From positions 895-64,894 of the forward strand of contig CAZHHB010000001.1 in assembly GCA_964532285.1 (NCBI GenBank): a DNA stretch of 64,000 nucleotides, in the 5' to 3' direction. The position numbers and the translations under genes are program-made. Positions 35,982-44,986 of this stretch are shown one piece after another (position 1 is the stretch's first letter; each line of letters opens with the position of its first letter). A model generated the notes under the pieces. The model ran no database searches. It was not told where the DNA came from and was given only the letters and a program-made list of their open reading frames with translations. The DNA comes from an uncultured Candidatus Saccharibacteria bacterium (GTDB lineage Bacteria > Patescibacteriota > Minisyncoccia > Phycocordibacterales > PALSA-1337).

Positions 35982-38900
35982 ATGAAAAAGTATATTGTCT
36001 CATTCGCAATTCCATTTATCATATTCGCAGCTGTCGCTGTTCTCGCACAGCCTACGACTACCCAAGCGGCCTCAATCAGAGAACTTATAAATCTATTGAT
36101 TGGTCGTGGTGTCATCTCTTCAGATAAGGTAGAACAGGCTACCAAGATAGCAACAGAGTTGGATACAGTACCACCACAGAGCGGCGAGAGTGGACCCTGT
36201 TATGTATTCAGCACCAATCTTGTTGTGGGCAGTGAAGGACCAGATGTTGTTGCGTTACAGACTTTTTTGATAAGCAATGGCTATAACATTCCAGCTATTT
36301 CCTCTGGGCGGCAAGCAAAGGGTTATTTTGGCGGACAGACAAAGATGGCTGTTATGAATTATCAAGCGGCGAATAATCTTATCAGTACTGGTTTTGTCGA
36401 TGTATTAACCAGAACCAGCCTAAACAGAGCATCATGCGGACTAGAATACACCAATCAATCCGGCATCACTATCCTGGCTCCAAAAGGAGACGTGCAGGTT
36501 GGTTTTCAATATAAACTCATATGGAAAGATACCCGTCTAACTCTAGGAAAAGGGGTGTCACCTATATATGTTATAGGTATAGCTGGAAGTAATGGGAAGG
36601 ATATGATTTCTGAAAGCGTCCCGGCATCAACATATTGTCAGAGTGATACTTGTTATTCTGGTTGGATTCCAACAACTGTTTCAACAAACAACCAAATCAC
36701 AATCTACGATGTTGCAAATGATCCAAACGGGAACATTGTCGGAAGAAGTTACTACTTCAACATTGTAGCTTCAACCACCACCACCAAACCATCCATCACT
36801 GTTACAAGTCCGAATGGCGGGGAATCTTTATCAGAAGGCCAGAACTACAGAATCTCATGGGAATCAATGAATCTTAGTGGTTTAAATATAAGTCTCGATT
36901 TGGTTGACTACTCTGGCAGAGTTATCAGAAACATTGCGAATAACATAACGAACACAGGTTCTTACAACTGGTCTGTTCCTCAGGATTTGGTTTCCGAAAC
37001 AGCTGGTACATTCAAAATTCTAGTTTCTTCATTTGACAAAGGTCCTTCAGCACAAGATTACAGTGATTCATACTTTAGAATTAGTTCTTCAGGTGGTACC
37101 CCGCCCTCTTCCGGTGCCTCTGTCACTGCTTCACTAGTCTTTGCGGGTGAAGATAAGGTTGGTTTGTGGAATAATTTCGGTCCAGGAGTTGGTAATGGCA
37201 ATAGGAACCCAAATGATTGGAACTGGTCGGCTGTCTTGAATCTCTCATCAGAAAAGACGATCTCAAGAATAAGCATAATTCATCCTACTGCTGGAGAAGC
37301 ATGGTCAACCGGATATTCAAGATACACAAATGATGGAACTGACTTATTGGGTCGTGTAGAACATCCGTATCCGCTTGTAGTAAGACTGCCAGATGGAGAC
37401 AAAGACATAACTGCTTATGATCAACTCGCAGTGAGATATCCTGCTGGAAGATATGAGATCAAACTCTACGGTCAACCTGAAACAACCAGGTTCTACGGAG
37501 GTAAAATTATCGTTGAATTTAGTGACGGAACTTCTGCTACGGGTGTTATTCCAGCATCAAGTGTCACACAGTCAGGTAGCACCATCGTAACTCCTCCGAC
37601 AATCACCACACCTTCTATTACAGTCACAAGTCCAAATGGAGGTGAGAGATACACGGCTGGACAACAAATACGAATAAATTGGTCATCAAATAATATACCA
37701 AGTTCTAATTATATGAGTGTTACAGTGCGTGGTTTTGGATCATTTACAAATATCGGAGAAGACGGATTGCAACATCAAGTAAGTTATAAGGATTTTTCTG
37801 TAGGAGGAGATGTCCTTAATACTGGTAGTACCGTAATAACTCTTCCGGTAACTATTCCAGCAGAGGCTTCATATACTTTACAGATTAAGACAGTAGTAAA
37901 TGGTACTATTTTGGACGATTGGTCGAATCGCTATTTCACCATCACCTCTTCCCAAACCGTCATCAATCCAACCGTCACCGTCTTGAGTCCAAATGGAGGT
38001 GAGGTATGGCAAACTGGCAATACACAAACAATCCGTTGGTCATCGGGTGGATTTGATGGAAATGTATTTGTAAGTATATATAATACTAACGGCGTTGCCT
38101 GCAATATTGGAACTGTTCCAGCATCAACTGGACAATATTCTTTTGTATTATCAAGTAAAGTTAATACCTGCACAATAATTCCAGGTCAATATAAGATTGT
38201 CATAAATAGACAGTCTAATACTGGCTTTGATTTTGGTGTTGAAGACTTCAGTAATTCTTACTTCACCATCTCCTCTCCTCAAACCACCCCTTCCCCAACT
38301 CCTACCCCAACTCCTTCAGTACAAACAATCACAATCCTAAAACCAAATGGTGGTGAAAGTGTTGTCTCTGGTCAAACAATGAATATTGCGTGGTCAGCCT
38401 CTCTCCCATCTGCCACAACTATTGATAACATCTCTCTTTCATTGATTTCTAGTAGTGGTGCGACTTACCCACTCACAGTAGAGAAAAGTTCAATGTTCAC
38501 TTCTGGATTCAATGGTAATTACAGCAACGAAGGCAGGACTACCATCCTGGCAATGACCATTCCATCATCAATTCCTGCTGGGCAATACAGACTGAGTGTG
38601 AAATGTAATTCCTACTGCGGTACCAATGACATCAGTGACTCATATTTCAATGTCCTTGCCCCCGCCGCCAAACCAACGCTTCAAGTCTCAACATCAATCA
38701 ATGGTCAAACATTCTCAGTTGGTCAGAATATAAATGTTACATGGACTAGTGCAAATCTGTCAGCAACTGAACCGATCACGATCTCCTTCTCAAATGCAGA
38801 CAATCAGACTATAGCCTACAACATCAGCACAACCAACAGTGGTTTCTATAACTGGACTATTCCTTCGGGCGTAGTACCAGGTAAATATAGGGTCCAGGTG

Positions 38901-39026
38901 AGTTGCAAGAATTGTTACTCTACCACAGGATCAGCCGTCTACTCATGGGGTGACACATTCACCATCACAGCCGCTTCCGGACAGACATCCAATGCTTGGG
39001 AAGCTTTCATGAAGATGTTTAGGTAA
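35982..39026 (+). CDS. Large secreted cell-surface protein: signal peptide, a peptidoglycan-binding-like domain, then five or more ~100-aa repeats each starting (I/V)T(V/I)xSPNGGE...W
   Basis: Signal peptide MKKYIVSFAIPFIIFAAVAVLAQPTTTQA. PG-binding-like GPDVVALQTFLISNGY. Repeats at about aa 270, 540, 660, 780 and 900. Inserted between tuf and fusA on the opposite strand. Confidence 0.7.
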   Translation: MKKYIVSFAIPFIIFAAVAVLAQPTTTQAASIRELINLLIGRGVISSDKVEQATKIATELDTVPPQSGESGPCYVFSTNLVVGSEGPDVVALQTFLISNGYNIPAISSGRQAKGYFGGQTKMAVMNYQAANNLISTGFVDVLTRTSLNRASCGLEYTNQSGITILAPKGDVQVGFQYKLIWKDTRLTLGKGVSPIYVIGIAGSNGKDMISESVPASTYCQSDTCYSGWIPTTVSTNNQITIYDVANDPNGNIVGRSYYFNIVASTTTTKPSITVTSPNGGESLSEGQNYRISWESMNLSGLNISLDLVDYSGRVIRNIANNITNTGSYNWSVPQDLVSETAGTFKILVSSFDKGPSAQDYSDSYFRISSSGGTPPSSGASVTASLVFAGEDKVGLWNNFGPGVGNGNRNPNDWNWSAVLNLSSEKTISRISIIHPTAGEAWSTGYSRYTNDGTDLLGRVEHPYPLVVRLPDGDKDITAYDQLAVRYPAGRYEIKLYGQPETTRFYGGKIIVEFSDGTSATGVIPASSVTQSGSTIVTPPTITTPSITVTSPNGGERYTAGQQIRINWSSNNIPSSNYMSVTVRGFGSFTNIGEDGLQHQVSYKDFSVGGDVLNTGSTVITLPVTIPAEASYTLQIKTVVNGTILDDWSNRYFTITSSQTVINPTVTVLSPNGGEVWQTGNTQTIRWSSGGFDGNVFVSIYNTNGVACNIGTVPASTGQYSFVLSSKVNTCTIIPGQYKIVINRQSNTGFDFGVEDFSNSYFTISSPQTTPSPTPTPTPSVQTITILKPNGGESVVSGQTMNIAWSASLPSATTIDNISLSLISSSGATYPLTVEKSSMFTSGFNGNYSNEGRTTILAMTIPSSIPAGQYRLSVKCNSYCGTNDISDSYFNVLAPAAKPTLQVSTSINGQTFSVGQNINVTWTSANLSATEPITISFSNADNQTIAYNISTTNSGFYNWTIPSGVVPGKYRVQVSCKNCYSTTGSAVYSWGDTFTITAASGQTSNAWEAFMKMFR

Positions 39027-39060
39027 CCAGCTAAGTCCGACCTAGATACCGTAAAGACGA

Positions 39061-39095
39061 AAAAACCCTGAAACTGTATCAGGGCTTTTTCGTGG
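39061..39095 (+). terminator. Intrinsic terminator of the surface-protein gene. It is effectively bidirectional: CCCTGAAACTGTATCAGGG flanked by an A-run and a T-run.
   Basis: A 6-bp stem (CCCTGA/TCAGGG) with loop AACTGTA, preceded by AAAAA and followed by CTTTTT. Confidence 0.6.
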
Positions 39096-39105
39096 CTTAT
39101 TTGCG

Positions 39106-39185
39106 TCATTTTACTGATACCAGTAAAATGGTCTCCCATGAAACCAAAACTAATTTGATCATTTTGCCGATATCGGCAAAATGAT
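39106..39185. repeat. Tandem hairpin repeats H3 (CATTTTACTG-atac-CAGTAAAATG) and H4 (ATCATTTTGCCGA-ta-TCGGCAAAATGAT) of the CATTTT...AAAATG family, located between the convergent surface-protein and fusA 3' ends
   Basis: H3 at 39106-39132 and H4 at 39158-39185. The stem base is conserved and the stem tops are variable and compensated. Confidence 0.7.
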
Positions 39186-39186
39186 A

Positions 39187-41331
39187 TTACTTCCTCTTTT
39201 CTTTAATTTCTTCCGCTACACTCGCTGGCACTACTTCATAGTGATCAAATTCCATCATGGCACTTCCCTGACCTGATGTCATGGAACGCAACTGTGTGGT
39301 ATAACCGAACATTTCTGACAACGGAACTTTCGCAATAATAGAAACATTCTGACCTTTTGGATTACTGCCTTCTATGAGACCGCGCTTGGAAGCGATGGAG
39401 CCATTGATATCACCGATATATTTTTCAGGACAAACCACCTCTAGTTTCATTATAGGTTCCAGAATAACTGGCTTGGCACGCTTAGCGGCATCCTGGAAAG
39501 CTTGTGAAGCAGCGATCTTGTAGGCGATTTCCGAAGAGTCCACATCGTGATATGAACCGAATGTAAGCTCGCAGGAAATATTGACCATCTTGTATCCAGC
39601 GAGAATACCTCGATCCATCGCCTCATGTACACCCTTTTCAACAGCTGGGATGAATTCATTTGGAATAACACCTCCCTTGATAGAGTTTATGAATTCAAAA
39701 TCATCATAACGCTTGGTAGTTTTTGGAATCTTTTCCCCTTCTGGCCATGGTTCCATAGGTTTCAAAGTCAGACGGACGTGACCGTATTGACCCTTACCTC
39801 CTGTCTGCTTGATGTATTTATTTTCTGCTTCAGCTGTACCCTTGATTGTCTCTCTGTACGCTACTTGTGGTTCACCGACATTTGCCTCCACACTGAATTC
39901 TCGCTTCATGCGATCAACCATGATCTCTAGGTGCAATTCACCCATTCCGGAGATGATAGTTTCGCCCGTCTCTTGATTGGAAGAGATGCGGAAGGTAGGA
40001 TCTTCATTACCGAGTTTGCGGAGGGCCATACCCATCTTCTCCTGGTCAGCCTTGGTCTTTGGTTCAATACGCAACGAAACCACTGGCTCCATGAATTTGA
40101 TGACTTCTAACACTATAGGATTCTCTTCGTCGCAGAATGTATTTGAAGTCAGTGCATCCTTGAGTCCGACAGCTGCGGCGATCTCTCCAGCGAAGACTTT
40201 CTTCACTTCTTCGCGTTTGTCTGCTTGCAGACGAACGATACGGCCCAAGCGCTCCTTCTTACCTGTACTTGAGTTGTATATATAAGTACCAGCTTCTATA
40301 GAACCTGAATAGACTCGGAAGAATGTTAATTGACCGACGAATGGATCATTTTGAAGTTTGAAAGCGAGAGCGGCAAAAGGTTCCTCGTCGGAAGAATGAC
40401 GAAGTACTTCTTCACCAGTGTTCGGATTGATACCTTTGACTGGCGGTATGTCTAATGGGGATGGTAGATAGTCCACAACAGCATCCAACACCAACTGCAC
40501 GCCGATATTCTTCAGAGCTGAACCAGTGAAAACTGGGAACATGGCGTTTGTTAGAACCGCCTTGCGGATAATGACCTTGAGCTCACTGACGGGGATCTCC
40601 TTGCCTTCCAGATAACGGGCCATAGCACCGTCATCATGCTCAACGATTTTCTCTATCAATTCTGCATGATATTTCTTGGCATCTTCGAGGAGTTCTGCAG
40701 GGATTTCTTTCTCAATTATCTTATTACCCATTTCCCCTTCGAAATAGTAAGCCTTCATCTTCAATAGATCTACAACACCGATATGATCACCTTCGGTACC
40801 GATAGGCATCTGGAAACGGACAGCGTTTTTGTTCAAACGCTCCAAAATAGATTTGTATGACTTCTCAAAAGAGGCGCCCATGCGGTCCATCTTGTTGATG
40901 AAACACAAGCGTGGAACCTTACCATCATCGGCATAACGCCAGTTGGTCTCTGACTGTGGCTCTACCCCGGCCACACCATCAAACACCACAACAGCTCCAT
41001 CCAAAACACGCAGAGAACGCTTCACCTCTACAGTGAAGTCTATGTGTCCTGGTGTATCGATAATATTGAAACGCACCATTTTCGACTTGTCCGTCGGAGG
41101 TAAATAAGTCGGATTCCAAAAACAAGTGATAGCGGCGGCGGTGATAGTGATGCCACGCTCCCTCTCCTGCTCCATCCAATCGGTTACTGTATCACCTTCA
41201 TGCACCTCACCGATCTTGTGAGTCATGCCCGTGTAATACAAGATACGCTCGGATGTTGTAGTTTTTCCAGCGTCAATGTGAGCGATAATTCCGAAGTTAC
41301 GAACTAGATCTAATGGGTAGTCCCGTTTCAT
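39187..41331 (-). CDS. fusA: Elongation factor G
   Basis: 714 aa. AHIDAGKTT, DTPGHIDF, EF-G domains II to V. Confidence 0.97.
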   Translation of the reverse strand: MKRDYPLDLVRNFGIIAHIDAGKTTTSERILYYTGMTHKIGEVHEGDTVTDWMEQERERGITITAAAITCFWNPTYLPPTDKSKMVRFNIIDTPGHIDFTVEVKRSLRVLDGAVVVFDGVAGVEPQSETNWRYADDGKVPRLCFINKMDRMGASFEKSYKSILERLNKNAVRFQMPIGTEGDHIGVVDLLKMKAYYFEGEMGNKIIEKEIPAELLEDAKKYHAELIEKIVEHDDGAMARYLEGKEIPVSELKVIIRKAVLTNAMFPVFTGSALKNIGVQLVLDAVVDYLPSPLDIPPVKGINPNTGEEVLRHSSDEEPFAALAFKLQNDPFVGQLTFFRVYSGSIEAGTYIYNSSTGKKERLGRIVRLQADKREEVKKVFAGEIAAAVGLKDALTSNTFCDEENPIVLEVIKFMEPVVSLRIEPKTKADQEKMGMALRKLGNEDPTFRISSNQETGETIISGMGELHLEIMVDRMKREFSVEANVGEPQVAYRETIKGTAEAENKYIKQTGGKGQYGHVRLTLKPMEPWPEGEKIPKTTKRYDDFEFINSIKGGVIPNEFIPAVEKGVHEAMDRGILAGYKMVNISCELTFGSYHDVDSSEIAYKIAASQAFQDAAKRAKPVILEPIMKLEVVCPEKYIGDINGSIASKRGLIEGSNPKGQNVSIIAKVPLSEMFGYTTQLRSMTSGQGSAMMEFDHYEVVPASVAEEIKEKRK

Positions 41332-41453
41332 AAATAAATTAAATTGTTAATTATTAAATAAATTATAGAACCAAAATTTACTAAGATACATATCCCTCGA
41401 CTCGTTCCTCGCCAAAGCTCGGAACTCGCTCGGGATAATTTCGCAAAGCGAAA

Positions 41454-41924
41454 TTACCAAGCAAAGTGTGCGAAGGCTTTGTTTGCTTCTGCCATCTTGT
41501 GGACATTCTCACGCTTTTTGACTGCTTCACCTTCATTCTTGGAAGCGGCAATGATCTCATCTGCAAGCTTCATGTGTATAGGAGCCCCCTTCTTGGAACG
41601 AGCGGCGTCTATGATCCATTTCATAGATAGAGCCTGTTTGCGTTCTGGGCGGACTTCACGAGGAACTTGATAGTTGGCACCACCAACGCGTCGTGAACGA
41701 ACTTCCATAGCTGGAGTGGTATTCTTGAGAGCGGTTTCGAAAACTTCTAGAGGATTCTCTACCTTTGCCTTTTCTTTGATAGCATTCATACAATCAGCCA
41801 CGATAGAACGCGCGACATTTTTCTTGCCTGATTCCATTATGTAATTTGTGAATTTCGAAAGCTTCAATGAATCATAGTTCACATCTGGCTTCAATTCTCT
41901 TTTTATGTTTAATTTTCTTCGCAT
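41454..41924 (-). CDS. rpsG: 30S ribosomal protein S7
   Basis: 156 aa. S7 signature segments. Confidence 0.92.
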   Translation of the reverse strand: MRRKLNIKRELKPDVNYDSLKLSKFTNYIMESGKKNVARSIVADCMNAIKEKAKVENPLEVFETALKNTTPAMEVRSRRVGGANYQVPREVRPERKQALSMKWIIDAARSKKGAPIHMKLADEIIAASKNEGEAVKKRENVHKMAEANKAFAHFAW

Positions 41925-41961
41925 GTTTTTATAGTGAGGTTTTCACCGAACTATTAGTTTA

Positions 41962-42381
41962 TTAGACAGTTGCCGCCTTCGGCCTCTTGTTACCATATTG
42001 GCTACGACCTTTCCTGCGAGCTTCTACACCGGCACAGTCCAATACTCCACGAACTATGGAATAACGGAGGCCTACATCTTTGACACGACCACCTCTAAGC
42101 AAAACAACTGAGTGTTCCTGCAGATTATGCCCCATCCCTGGAACATATGCGGTGACTTCAACACCGTTGGTCAAACGAACACGGGCGATCTTTCTGATGG
42201 CGGAGTTTGGTTTCTTGGGAGTTTTGGTCGTGACCTTTACGCATACACCGCGTTTGAATGGTGCCGGAAAGAAGATCGGCCTATTCTTAATAGAATTGAA
42301 AGTACGCGTCAAGGCGATTGACTTTGACTTGCTCTTGAAACGCTTCCTGTGGGTTTTTGTAAGCTGATTTATTGTTGGCAT
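41962..42381 (-). CDS. rpsL: 30S ribosomal protein S12 with an N-terminal basic extension
   Basis: ...[28 protein letters not shown]...[19 protein letters not shown]. Confidence 0.92.
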   Translation of the reverse strand: MPTINQLTKTHRKRFKSKSKSIALTRTFNSIKNRPIFFPAPFKRGVCVKVTTKTPKKPNSAIRKIARVRLTNGVEVTAYVPGMGHNLQEHSVVLLRGGRVKDVGLRYSIVRGVLDCAGVEARRKGRSQYGNKRPKAATV

Positions 42382-42758
42382 AATCCTTTGGTAATTGGTT
42401 ATTAGTTGTTAGTTGTTGGTAAAAACCAATAACTAACAACTAATAACTATTTGGGGCAATTCTGAATTATTCACCGCTTTCGACTTGAGTTGTGTCTGAG
42501 CGATTACTCATTCTTGCCTGATAAACGAACACTTATCCCCCGTAGAGGACAGTGAGGGTACCTTATCACAGAGGGCTCCTTTACGCAAATCTGACTAAAT
42601 TAGGTATTTCAAACAATAAAAAGAGCGCCCGATCGAGGAAATGATCGTGACGCCCTGTTCGAGCACCCAAAGAGCGATTTTATAATTAAATGCTCGGGAA
42701 CACCTGCACCCGTAGTTATATTAAATCTATAAGGATATTGCTGTCAATATCTGAGAGA

Positions 42759-43094
42759 TTAAAACAGTTTTCCTCCAATGATCGGATTGTCCTTATCGGG
42801 TGTAATTAAAACAACCTTCCCCTCACTATCGGGGACTCCTAGTGTCAAAACCTCCGATTCAAACGGACCAATCTTTCGTGGAGGAAAGTTCACAACTCCC
42901 AAGACAAGTTTTCCAACGAGCTCTTCCTTTTGGTAAAGAGCTACAATCTGTACTGAAGAATTTTTAATCCCGATTTCTGATCCAAAATCAATTTTCAATT
43001 TATATGCAGGTTTTTTGGCTTCAGGAAAATCACTTACTTCAAGTATCTTTCCTACTCGTATGTCTAATTTCTGGAAGTCTTCAATTGTTGCCAT
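42759..43094 (-). CDS. tRNA-binding protein (CsaA/Trbp111-like, EMAP/OB fold)
   Basis: 111 aa. DIRVGKILEVSDFPEAKKPAYKLKIDFGSE. Confidence 0.75.
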   Translation of the reverse strand: MATIEDFQKLDIRVGKILEVSDFPEAKKPAYKLKIDFGSEIGIKNSSVQIVALYQKEELVGKLVLGVVNFPPRKIGPFESEVLTLGVPDSEGKVVLITPDKDNPIIGGKLF

Positions 43095-43110
43095 GTAAAT
43101 AATTTTTAGG

Positions 43111-43461
43111 TTAATAAACTACTTCTTTCCATACAATCTCAATGGTATTGAAATACTTTTTGGTGAATAGCACAATATCATCAACAGAATATGCCCTACA
43201 ACTGTAGATATCGACAGTGAACAGAGGTGGATTCGTCGGGTAACTATAAAAGTGACACCCTGATGATGTCCAATTTATGTACGCAGCCGAACCCATTTCA
43301 TGCTCTGTGAAAGTGACAGGGGTTCCTGCTATTTTCATCTTGGCCACATCAGCAAGCGCCAATAGGTATGATTTCATCAATTCTTGATCGACAAGCTTCT
43401 CTGTTGTTCCTTCAATAATCAGTCGTTGTCTCAGAATTTTAGGTGCTAGATTTTTCCACAT
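43111..43461 (-). CDS. S-adenosylmethionine-decarboxylase-like protein (SpeH/AdoMetDC class 1b fold). The processing site is altered.
   Basis: The segment GSAAYINWTSSGCHFYSYP...VDIYSC aligns with the AdoMetDC ...ISESHISIHTWPE...VDVFTCG. The proenzyme ES-H cleavage motif reads SSGCH, so function is uncertain. Confidence 0.45.
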   Translation of the reverse strand: MWKNLAPKILRQRLIIEGTTEKLVDQELMKSYLLALADVAKMKIAGTPVTFTEHEMGSAAYINWTSSGCHFYSYPTNPPLFTVDIYSCRAYSVDDIVLFTKKYFNTIEIVWKEVVY

Positions 43462-43582
43462 AAAATAAGTATATCAAAGGTCTCTATTCTATCAAAAGTA
43501 ATGAATCGCCTTATAAAAAACCCGCCAAACGAATGACGAGTTACCAATGTTCAAGTGAAGGTAATTAGTTAAAACATTAGGA

Positions 43583-43990
43583 TCAAATAAGCCGGAAGTA
43601 TCGCAGTTTCATCCGAACTTTATCGTGATCTGCGCCACATAGTTCAATTCTCTTACTTGAAATCAAATCTTCTTCCTTGTGTTCAACAAAATAAGTTTCT
43701 CCTACTTCACCTCGAGTTTCAACCATCCCCTTTTTGACGAGATGATCCATATGAACATAGAATGCGACCGAAGAAATCTGCATGCCTTTTTCTACCAACC
43801 TACGCCTTATTTCTCTGCCACGCATCCACTCTCGTCCAAGGATGTTAGGAAGTTGATTACATATATGCTCTTGAATTCTTTTGAAACGAATGGCCGAGAC
43901 CAAAAGAACAATAAAACTTACAAATAGCAAAACTACTAATATTTCCATATTCTTACTCCTTACTTTTATTGAATTTTGTACTGGCTTCAA
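43583..43990 (-). CDS. Membrane-tethered winged-helix protein (N-terminal TM helix plus cytoplasmic wHTH)
   Basis: Hydrophobic segment ILVVLLFVSFIVLLVSAI, then a wHTH-like stretch REIRRRLVEKGMQISSVAFYVHMDHLVKKGMVE. The start is probably the internal Met (MEIL). Confidence 0.4.
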   Translation of the reverse strand: MKPVQNSIKVRSKNMEILVVLLFVSFIVLLVSAIRFKRIQEHICNQLPNILGREWMRGREIRRRLVEKGMQISSVAFYVHMDHLVKKGMVETRGEVGETYFVEHKEEDLISSKRIELCGADHDKVRMKLRYFRLI

Positions 43991-44067
43991 ACCAGCGTGT
44001 ACTGTTTAGTTCAATGTAAACATGAACATACAATTTCGTCAAATTTTACGGTAGATCCAAGACTAAA

Positions 44068-44670
44068 TCAAATCCCCGTAAACCACCCAAACACTACCGG
44101 CACTATAGGCATTACGATCTGCCAGAGAAAGAAGACTACTAGGACAACGAAGATTGGACCAAATCGCTCCATAGTAAAACGGAGTTTCCCATATTGATTC
44201 GGCAAGAATGCTAGTAGAAGTTTGGAACCATCCAATGGTGGCAATGGTATTAGATTGAAAACCGCCAATATTATATTGATAATTACAATATAAGAAGTTA
44301 TCTCAATGAAAGGCGTCATCACATGAGTTCCTGCTGAAGCGAAACGAATAATCGTTCCGAAGATCAAAGCGATAACTAGATTGGAAAGAGGGCCAGCAGC
44401 AGCAATCAAGAATTCACCCTGGCGCCTATTTTTCAAATTGTAAGGATTGTATTCAACTGGTTTTGCCCAACCGAAAGTAAAACCTGCCAGAGATGTAATA
44501 AGTGGCACAATGATTGACCCCACAGGATCGAGATGTCTAGCAGGATTCAGTGTAAGCCTCCCCTGCAATCTGGGAGTAGGGTCGCCCAAGCGATCAGCCA
44601 TGTAGCCATGAGAGACTTCATGGATGATCACAGACATTATGAGGATAATGATTGAAAGGATGGTAAGCAT
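44068..44670 (-). CDS. Site-2 protease (M50 family intramembrane zinc metalloprotease)
   Basis: HEVSHG (HExxH) in TM1 and the LDG motif (PLPPLDGSKLL). 200 aa. Confidence 0.8.
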   Translation of the reverse strand: MLTILSIIILIMSVIIHEVSHGYMADRLGDPTPRLQGRLTLNPARHLDPVGSIIVPLITSLAGFTFGWAKPVEYNPYNLKNRRQGEFLIAAAGPLSNLVIALIFGTIIRFASAGTHVMTPFIEITSYIVIINIILAVFNLIPLPPLDGSKLLLAFLPNQYGKLRFTMERFGPIFVVLVVFFLWQIVMPIVPVVFGWFTGI

Positions 44671-44719
44671 GTTGCAAATCGGTCATTATATGTTACCATA
44701 TCTTACTCAATACATTTTT

Positions 44720-44962
44720 ATGGCAAAAGTCTGTGCAATAACAAAAAGAGGTTCAGTTATGGGAGGTCGTTACTCCAACCGTACTCGTGCAACACAATTC
44801 AATCCTTGTGGGACTATTCGCCGTTACCCAAATCTCCAGAAAAAGAGTATCTATGTTCCTGAATTAAAGAAATCTATTATTTTGAATATCTCTACTCGCG
44901 CTCTCAGAACCATACAGAAAAATGGCGCTTACAAGACTCTGAAGAAAGCTGGGGTTATTTAA
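44720..44962 (+). CDS. rpmB: 50S ribosomal protein L28
   Basis: MAKVCAITKRGSVMGGRYSNRTRATQFNPCG... is an L28 signature. The track ORF over-extends upstream. Confidence 0.8.
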   Translation: MAKVCAITKRGSVMGGRYSNRTRATQFNPCGTIRRYPNLQKKSIYVPELKKSIILNISTRALRTIQKNGAYKTLKKAGVI

Positions 44963-44986
44963 TACCGAGATCCGATCTTGGTAATA

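Noticed and set aside
41340-41453. fusA-rpsG spacer hairpin TAATTTCGC-aaa-GCGAAATTA plus a TATAAT about 35 nt upstream of fusA, considered as an internal promoter or terminator
   Set aside because: A single copy, with a weak -35. It is plausibly just an intercistronic stabilising hairpin, so it was not promoted to a feature.
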